Positions 56,575 through 64,000 of a DNA stretch of 64,000 nucleotides are shown one piece after another. The translations under genes were made by a program, and so were the position numbers. The DNA is from Acidimicrobiales bacterium (GTDB taxonomy: Bacteria > Actinomycetota > Acidimicrobiia > Acidimicrobiales > VFJN01), in contig DATHJB010000135.1 of the NCBI GenBank assembly GCA_035316325.1, positions 10,249 through 74,248 of the forward strand, written 5' to 3'. Positions within the stretch are counted from its first letter, which is position 1, and the number at the start of each line of letters is the position of its first letter. The notes under the pieces are model-generated. The model searched no databases. It saw nothing but the letters and a program-made list of their open reading frames with translations, and had not been told where the DNA came from.

Positions 56575-57330
56575 TCAGCGGAGGGCGGCGAGGATCGGGT
56601 CGGCCAGCTCCGCCCGGCAGATGAGCAGGTCGGGGAGGTAGGGGTCCGGCTGGTTGTAGACGAGCGGCGAGCCGTCGAGCCGCGACGCGTGCAGGCCGGC
56701 CGCCATCGCGACGGCCGCGGGCGCCGCCGAGTCCCACTCGTACTGCCCGCCAGCGTGGGCGTAGATGTCGGCGTCGCCCCGCACGACCGCCATCGCCTTG
56801 GCCCCCGCGGAGCCCAACGGCTGGACGTCGGCACGCAGCGCGGCGGCGATGATCCGAGTCTCCTCGGCCGGCCGGCTGCGGCTCACCACCATCCGTGGCG
56901 GGCCCTCCGGTCGGGGCGGCAGCACCGGGGCCGGCTGCGACGCCAGGGTGATCCCCTGGGCCGGCAGGGCCACCGCCCCCGCCGCGGCCACGCCGCCGAC
57001 GACCAACGCCACGTGCACCGCCCAGTCGACCCGCGGCACCTCCCCGAACTCGCGGGTGCCGTCGAGCGGGTCGACGATCCACACCCGGGGTGCCACCAGG
57101 CGGGCCGGATCCTCCCGACCCTCCTCGGAGAGCACGGCGTCGTCGGGCCGCAGCTCCGCCAGCCGGGCCACCAGCAGCTTGTGGGCCTCCCAGTCGCCCA
57201 GGTCGCCCAACCGCCAACCCGGCCACGACTCCGCCTTCGCCCGCAACTCCACCAGCAGCTCGCCGGCCTCCGTCGCCAACTGCGCGGCCAGCGCGTGGTC
57301 GTCGGCGGTCACGGTCGGGTCGACGGGCAT
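56575..57330 (-). CDS. cysQ: 3'(2'),5'-bisphosphate nucleotidase (CysQ) / inositol-monophosphatase family
   Basis: Track ORF. LSEEG and WIVDPLDGTREF motifs. Divergent from cysDNC. Confidence 0.7.
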   Translation of the reverse strand: MPVDPTVTADDHALAAQLATEAGELLVELRAKAESWPGWRLGDLGDWEAHKLLVARLAELRPDDAVLSEEGREDPARLVAPRVWIVDPLDGTREFGEVPRVDWAVHVALVVGGVAAAGAVALPAQGITLASQPAPVLPPRPEGPPRMVVSRSRPAEETRIIAAALRADVQPLGSAGAKAMAVVRGDADIYAHAGGQYEWDSAAPAAVAMAAGLHASRLDGSPLVYNQPDPYLPDLLICRAELADPILAALR

Positions 57331-57411
57331 CCGGCATTCGTAACACGGTCACCGATGGTGCCGGGACTCGTATTGCTTACCAGTTTGGTCGGAATTTAAC
57401 CTTGGGCGCTC

Positions 57412-58329
57412 ATGCCCACGACCGCCCCCTACGAGCTGAGCCACCTCCAGGCCCTCGAGGCCGAGGCGATCCACGTGATCCGTGAGGTCGCCGCCGAGTT
57501 CGAGCGGCCGGTGCTGCTGTTCTCGGGCGGCAAGGACTCGGCCGTCATGCTGCACGTGGCGGCGAAGGCCTTCGCCCCGGCCCGACTGCCGTTCCCCGTG
57601 ATGCACGTCGACACCGGCCACAACTTCCCCGAGGTGATGGCCTACCGCGACCAGCGGGTGGCCGAGCTCGGGCTGCGGCTGATCGTGGCCAGCGTCCAGG
57701 AGGCGATCGACGCCGGCAAGGTGGTCGAGGAGACGGGCCCCCGGGCCAGCCGCAACCGGCTCCAGACCTTCGCCCTGCTCGACGGCATCGAGGTCAACCG
57801 GTTCGACGCCGTGTTCGGCGGCGGCCGCCGCGACGAGGAGAAGGCTCGGGCCAAGGAGCGGGTGTTCAGCTTCCGCGACGAGTTCGGCCAGTGGGACCCG
57901 AAGAACCAGCGACCCGAGCTGTGGAACCTCTACAACGGCCGCCACCGGCAGGGCGAGCACATCCGGGTGTTCCCGCTCAGCAACTGGACCGAGCTGGACA
58001 TCTGGCAGTACATCGCCACCGAGCGGGTGGAGCTGCCGTCGATCTACTTCGCCCACCGGCGGCGGGTGTTCGAGCGCGACGGCATGTGGCTGGCCGAGAC
58101 CGAGTTCACGTCGCTGCTGCCCGACGAGGAGGTGGTGGAGAAGCTGGTGCGCTACCGCACCGTGGGCGACGCCACCATCACCGGCGCCGTCGAGTCGACC
58201 GCGACCACGCCCGAGGCGATCGTGGAGGAGACCGCGGTCACCCGGGTCACCGAGCGGGGCGCCACCCGCGGCGACGACCGCATCTCGGAGGCCGGGATGG
58301 AAGACCGCAAGCGCGAGGGTTACTTCTAG
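57412..58329 (+). CDS. cysD: sulfate adenylyltransferase subunit 2
   Basis: Track ORF. PAPS-reductase-fold SGGKDSAVMLH and C-terminal KREGYF. Confidence 0.9.
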   Translation: MPTTAPYELSHLQALEAEAIHVIREVAAEFERPVLLFSGGKDSAVMLHVAAKAFAPARLPFPVMHVDTGHNFPEVMAYRDQRVAELGLRLIVASVQEAIDAGKVVEETGPRASRNRLQTFALLDGIEVNRFDAVFGGGRRDEEKARAKERVFSFRDEFGQWDPKNQRPELWNLYNGRHRQGEHIRVFPLSNWTELDIWQYIATERVELPSIYFAHRRRVFERDGMWLAETEFTSLLPDEEVVEKLVRYRTVGDATITGAVESTATTPEAIVEETAVTRVTERGATRGDDRISEAGMEDRKREGYF

Positions 58330-58331
58330 AG

Positions 58332-59597
58332 ATGGAACTGCTCAGGTTCGCGACCGCGGGCTCGGTGGACGACGGGAAGTCGACGCTGATCGGACGGTTG
58401 CTGTACGACTCGAAGGCCATCTTCGAGGACCAGCTGGAGGCCGTGGAGCGCACCAGCCGCGACCGGGGCGACGAGTACACCAACCTGGCGCTGCTCACCG
58501 ACGGCCTGCGGGCCGAGCGGGAGCAGGGCATCACGATCGACGTCGCCTACCGCTACTTCGCCACCCCCAAGCGCAAGTTCATCATCGCCGACACCCCCGG
58601 CCACGTGCAGTACACGCGCAACATGGTCACGGGGGCGTCGACCGCCGACCTGGCCCTGGTGCTGGTCGACGCCCGCAAGGGTGTGCTGGAGCAGTCCCGC
58701 CGGCACGCCTTCCTGGCGTCGCTGCTGGGCATCCCGCACCTGGTGGTCTGCGTCAACAAGATGGACCTGGTCGACTGGTCGCAGGAGCGGTACGAGGAGA
58801 TCAAGGCCGAGTTCCGCTCCTTCGCGATGAAGTTGGAGGTCGTCGACCTGTCGTTCGTGCCGATCTCGGCGCTGCACGGCGACAACGTGGTCACCCGGTC
58901 GGCCAACTCGCCCTGGTACGAGGGCGCTCCGCTGCTGCACCACCTGGAGGAGGTGCACATCGCCTCGGACCGGAACCTGATCGATGCCCGCCTGCCGGTG
59001 CAGTACGTCATCCGGCCGATGAGCGACGAGCACCACGACTACCGGGGCTACGCCGGCACGGTGGCCGGCGGCGTGCTGAAGCCCGGCGACCAGGTGGTGG
59101 TGCTGCCCTCGGGGTTCACGTCCACGATCGCCGGCATCGACGGTCCGAACGGGGAGCCGGTCGAGGAGGCGTTCGCTCCGATGGCGGTCACCGTGCGGCT
59201 GACCGACGACGTGGACGTGTCCCGAGGTGACATGATCTGTCGAGACCGCAACCGCCCCCACGTCGGTCAGGACCTGGAGGCCATGGTCTGCTGGCTGACC
59301 GCTGAGAGCCAGCTTCGTCCGGGAGCGAAGCTGGCTCTCAAGCACACCACCCGTTGGGGCCGGGCCCTGGTGAAGGACCTGCAGTACCGGCTCGACGTGA
59401 ACACCCTGCACCGCGATGAGCAGGCCGAGAGCCTGACGCTCAACGAGATCGGCCGCATCCGGCTGCGCACCACGGTGCCGCTGTTCTTCGACGAGTACCG
59501 GCGCAACCGCAGCACCGGCAGCTTCGTGCTGGTCGACGAGGTCTCCAACAACACGGTGGCGGCCGGCATGATCCTCGGCCCCACCGACGTGCCCTAG
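58332..59597 (+). CDS. cysN: sulfate adenylyltransferase subunit 1 (GTPase)
   Basis: C-terminal 421 aa of track ORF 57891..59597, from ATG 58332. [18 protein letters not shown]. Confidence 0.9.
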   Translation: MELLRFATAGSVDDGKSTLIGRLLYDSKAIFEDQLEAVERTSRDRGDEYTNLALLTDGLRAEREQGITIDVAYRYFATPKRKFIIADTPGHVQYTRNMVTGASTADLALVLVDARKGVLEQSRRHAFLASLLGIPHLVVCVNKMDLVDWSQERYEEIKAEFRSFAMKLEVVDLSFVPISALHGDNVVTRSANSPWYEGAPLLHHLEEVHIASDRNLIDARLPVQYVIRPMSDEHHDYRGYAGTVAGGVLKPGDQVVVLPSGFTSTIAGIDGPNGEPVEEAFAPMAVTVRLTDDVDVSRGDMICRDRNRPHVGQDLEAMVCWLTAESQLRPGAKLALKHTTRWGRALVKDLQYRLDVNTLHRDEQAESLTLNEIGRIRLRTTVPLFFDEYRRNRSTGSFVLVDEVSNNTVAAGMILGPTDVP

Positions 59598-59601
59598 CCC
59601 G

Positions 59602-60177
59602 ATGACCCGCGACGTCACCTGGCACCAGGGTGCGGTAGGTGCCGACGAACGGCCCTGGCGCGGTGCCACCGTGTGGTTCACGGGCCTCTCGGGCTCGGGG
59701 AAGTCGACCGTGGCGGTGGAGGTGGAGCGCCGGCTCGTCGCTGCCGGCCGGGCCGCCTACGTGCTCGACGGCGACAACCTGCGTCTCGGGCTCAACGCCG
59801 ACCTCGGGTTCACGGCCGACGACCGCACCGAGAACATCCGCCGGGTGGGGGAGGTGGCCCGCCTGTTCGCCGACGCCGGCGTCGTCGCCGTGGTGCCGGT
59901 GATCAGCCCCTACCGGGCCGACCGCGACCGCGTGCGGGCGATCCACCGGGAGGCGGGCGTCCCGTTCCTGGAGGTGTGGGTCGACACGCCCCTCGACGTG
60001 TGCGAGGCCCGCGACCCCAAGGGCCTCTACAAGAAGGCCCGCGCCGGCGAGATCACCGGCTTCACCGGGATCGACGACCCCTACGAACCCCCCGAGCACC
60101 CCGACCTCCGCCTGACCCCCACCGACGGCACCCCCGAGGCCCAGGCCGCCCTCGTCGTCGCCCTGCTCCCGGGCTAG
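59602..60177 (+). CDS. cysC: adenylylsulfate kinase
   Basis: Track [22 protein letters not shown]. Confidence 0.9.
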   Translation: MTRDVTWHQGAVGADERPWRGATVWFTGLSGSGKSTVAVEVERRLVAAGRAAYVLDGDNLRLGLNADLGFTADDRTENIRRVGEVARLFADAGVVAVVPVISPYRADRDRVRAIHREAGVPFLEVWVDTPLDVCEARDPKGLYKKARAGEITGFTGIDDPYEPPEHPDLRLTPTDGTPEAQAALVVALLPG

Positions 60178-60809
60178 CTGCTCGCCTTCTGGCGGGTGCG
60201 GAGGCGCTTGGTCTGGGGGCTGGGTTGGACCGCGAGGATGGCGGCGACGGTGTCGACCAGGTGGCTGACGAAGAGGCGGTCCTCGTCGTGGGGCTCCTCG
60301 GCGGCGCGGCGGGCGAGCTCGGCGAAGGTGAAGCGGATGGCGGCCACGCGCTGCGCGAGGCGGGACCGGGGCTCCAGGGCGTCGAGCAGCTGGTTCCAGC
60401 GGCCCATGCTGTTGTCGGGCTCCCGCTCGGGGAACAGCTGCTCGAACGACACCGGCCGTGAGTAGTACTCGCCGGCGATCTGGAGGTACGCCCGGCCGCC
60501 GTCGGGGTCGTTGAGCTTGGCGGCGATGGGCTGCACCAGCGCCGCCGCCAGCGCCCGCAGGCCGCCCTCGCCGTCGCCGTCCTCGTACTGCTCCAGCAGG
60601 GCGTTGCGCCGGGGCTCGCTGTCGTAGCGGTGCTTGTCGACCAGCGCCTTCAGCAGGCCGTCGCGGTCGCCGAAGTGGTACTGCACGGCCCCCGTGTTGT
60701 GCTGCTCGGCCTCGCGGTTGATCTCCCGCAGCGACACGCCCGCGATGCCACGCTCGGCGAAGAGCCGTTCGGCGGCACTGACGATGCGGTCGCGGGTGTC
60801 GTTTCCCAT
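60174..60809 (-). CDS. TetR family transcriptional regulator
   Basis: Track ORF 60174..61202, start at ATG 60809 ([46 protein letters not shown]). Confidence 0.8.
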   Translation of the reverse strand: MGNDTRDRIVSAAERLFAERGIAGVSLREINREAEQHNTGAVQYHFGDRDGLLKALVDKHRYDSEPRRNALLEQYEDGDGEGGLRALAAALVQPIAAKLNDPDGGRAYLQIAGEYYSRPVSFEQLFPEREPDNSMGRWNQLLDALEPRSRLAQRVAAIRFTFAELARRAAEEPHDEDRLFVSHLVDTVAAILAVQPSPQTKRLRTRQKASS

Positions 60810-60864
60810 TCGGACGCCGAGCGTAGTGCGACGTGACTGCCGAAGTAAGGCGCACGGCTTATTT

Positions 60865-60931
60865 ATTGACTCAAGCGGCGTCGTTCCGGTAACAATTGAC
60901 TTAGCGACGTCGTCGCTGCTGGTCGTTGACT
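60865..60931. promoter_or_regulatory. three TTGACT motifs phased at exactly 30 bp, plus a 7-1-7 palindrome, in the TetR / lipase divergent region
   Basis: ATTGACT at 60865, ATTGACT at 60895, GTTGACT at 60925. The first two extend as ATTGACTCAAGCGGCGTCGT and ATTGACTTAGCGACGTCGT. Palindrome AGCGACG-T-CGTCGCT at 60903-60917. Confidence 0.45.
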
Positions 60932-60975
60932 GGGGGCCGGCTGGGGGAACACCACAGCCAAAGGGGGAGCCTTCC

Positions 60976-62307
60976 ATGGAAGGTTCAGTCATCCATCGAT
61001 CCAGGGCGAGATCCGCCACCGGAGCCGTCCTCGCCGTGGCCATGCTCGCGCTGCTCACCGTCGCCGTCCGCCCGGCCGCCGCGACGGTGGCAGCGCCGCA
61101 GGCCAAGGCCCAGGTCACCAACCCGCTGCCCATCGTCTTCGTGCACGGGTACCTCGGGTCCGGGGCGCAGTACCGCAGCCCGGCCATGCGGTTCGACAGC
61201 AACGGCTACCCGGCGAACCGCATCCGGGCGTTCGACTACAGCTCCGACGCCAGCGGCCTCGACGCCTTCATCGACTCGGTCCGCACCGAGTTCGGCGTGT
61301 CGCAGGTGCGGGTCGCCGCCCACTCGCTGGGCACGCTGGTGATGCTCGGCTACCTGCTCAACCCGTTCCAGTCGGCCAAGGTCGAGAAGTACGTGGCGCT
61401 CGACGGCACCTCGGCGTTCTGCATCTGGGGCACCCAGTGCACGGCGATCACCGCCGCCCAGCTGGGCCAGACGCACATCGAGGCGTCGCTGTCACCCGAG
61501 TCGTTCGCGCTCCAGTACCAGTTCTTCACCGGTCAGGCGCCGGCCACGACGACGATCACGCCGCAGGCGGGCCAGGTCCAGATCGCCGGCCGGGCGCTGA
61601 ACTTCCAGGTCAACACCCCGGCCACGGGCACCACCGGAGAGCTGTGGGCCATCGACCAGGCGACCGGGCAGCGCACCACGGGCGGCCCGCAGGCCACCTT
61701 CAGCATCGGCTCGAACGGCAACTTCGGTCCGCTGCCGGTCACCTCGGGGCAGTCCTACGAGATCGCCCTGACCCGCAGCGGCGTCGGCCTGATGCACTAC
61801 TACTTCCAGCCCTTCACGCACAGCACCCACCTGCTGCGCCTGCAGGTGCCGGAGGCCGGCAGTGCCCAGGTCACCAACACCAACGTCGGGCCCGACCACG
61901 CCGCCGCGGTCGTCCTGCGCTACCGCGAGTGGTGGCGGGCCGGCTCGCATGGCGCCCGGCTCGACAACCTCGACATCGGCACCACCGGGCCGGCCGGCAC
62001 CCAGGCCCCGGTCAACGTGCTGAGCCGGGTGACCGCCGATGTCGCCGGCGTGCACGTGCACGACAACACGGCCTCGCCGCGGGTGTCGTCGCTCGACCCG
62101 TTGACCTACTTCTCGTCGCAGGCCTTCCAGACCGGGGTGGACGTCTACATGCCGGGGTCGAACCCGGCGACGGGGACGATCACCTTCTCGAACGACCCGA
62201 GGGGCGATGCCAGCAAGCGTCAGGTGATCAACACGCCCAACTGGGCCTCGCTGGTGGGGACGACCCGCCACGCCATGCTCGTCGAGTTCAACGACTACGT
62301 GGCATAG
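60976..62307 (+). CDS. secreted alpha/beta-hydrolase (lipase/esterase-like) with a C-terminal beta-rich domain
   Basis: Track ORF 60634..62307, start at ATG 60976 after GGGGGAG. Signal peptide ...AVRPAAATVAAPQAKA. VFVHGYLGSG and nucleophile elbow AAHSLGT. Confidence 0.75.
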   Translation: MEGSVIHRSRARSATGAVLAVAMLALLTVAVRPAAATVAAPQAKAQVTNPLPIVFVHGYLGSGAQYRSPAMRFDSNGYPANRIRAFDYSSDASGLDAFIDSVRTEFGVSQVRVAAHSLGTLVMLGYLLNPFQSAKVEKYVALDGTSAFCIWGTQCTAITAAQLGQTHIEASLSPESFALQYQFFTGQAPATTTITPQAGQVQIAGRALNFQVNTPATGTTGELWAIDQATGQRTTGGPQATFSIGSNGNFGPLPVTSGQSYEIALTRSGVGLMHYYFQPFTHSTHLLRLQVPEAGSAQVTNTNVGPDHAAAVVLRYREWWRAGSHGARLDNLDIGTTGPAGTQAPVNVLSRVTADVAGVHVHDNTASPRVSSLDPLTYFSSQAFQTGVDVYMPGSNPATGTITFSNDPRGDASKRQVINTPNWASLVGTTRHAMLVEFNDYVA

Positions 62308-62364
62308 CACGCAGTCGCCAGGTGTCGGCGCGGCAGATCCCAGTCCCGCTGCGCCGGCTGAAGG

Positions 62365-62392
62365 GGAGGGACCGCCCCGGGGCGGTCCCTCC
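62365..62392. terminator. perfect 28-bp GC-rich palindrome between convergent lipase and ettA genes (bidirectional terminator candidate)
   Basis: GGAGGGACCGCCCC|GGGGCGGTCCCTCC, followed by TTCG. Lies between stops at 62307 and 62399. Confidence 0.6.
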
Positions 62393-62398
62393 TTCGCG

Positions 62399-64000
<1,602 letters not shown>

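Overview
Very GC-rich, actinobacterial-type chromosomal segment. I support about 62 protein-coding genes. I recognised no rRNA, tRNA, CRISPR array, transposase or integrase by eye. Many long Arg/Pro/Gly-rich ORFs in the track are antisense or off-frame shadows of real genes and are not called.

Gene content, left to right:
- A urea/guanidine-carboxylase catabolic operon (two DUF1989 genes, the carboxylase, allophanate hydrolase), divergent from a TetR gene and next to a NitT/TauT-type ABC importer.
- A TetR gene overlapping a truncated alkylsulfatase-like MBL gene.
- A small atypical-codon islet encoding an acidic orphan protein.
- A SAM-methyltransferase/Mug-glycosylase fusion.
- F420/LLM oxidoreductases, several SDRs, a Ser/Thr kinase, a GT-C membrane glycosyltransferase, PAP2, and a Cas4-like PD-(D/E)XK nuclease.
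- A DrrAB-like ABC exporter with TetR genes, PhoU, and an ECF sigma factor with a membrane partner.
- An acyl-CoA synthetase, OmpA and DUF3060 lipoproteins, and a 1133-aa permease/channel/RCK chimera.
- ACAD, MarR-MFS, ALDH, NMO, geranylgeranyl reductase, VanW, NucS, an ABC1 kinase, cysQ / cysDNC, a secreted lipase and EttA (truncated at the right edge).

Operon structure is marked by frequent 4-nt start/stop overlaps (ATGA, GTGA, TTGA).

Most notable observations:
1. A family of 55-60 bp nested-palindrome repeats fills the gaps between convergent stop codons. It also occurs in frame inside two coding sequences.
2. A single ORF fuses an ArsB/NhaD-type permease to a K-channel-like pore with a degenerate filter and two RCK-like domains.
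3. AT-rich operator-like motifs are shared between promoters: TTTCTAnnGACATTCG around the carboxylase/ABC genes, and TTGACC-N4-GGTCAA upstream of two lipid-metabolism genes.

I see nothing that clearly constitutes a new multi-gene system. All function calls rest on motif recognition from the translations, not on database searches.
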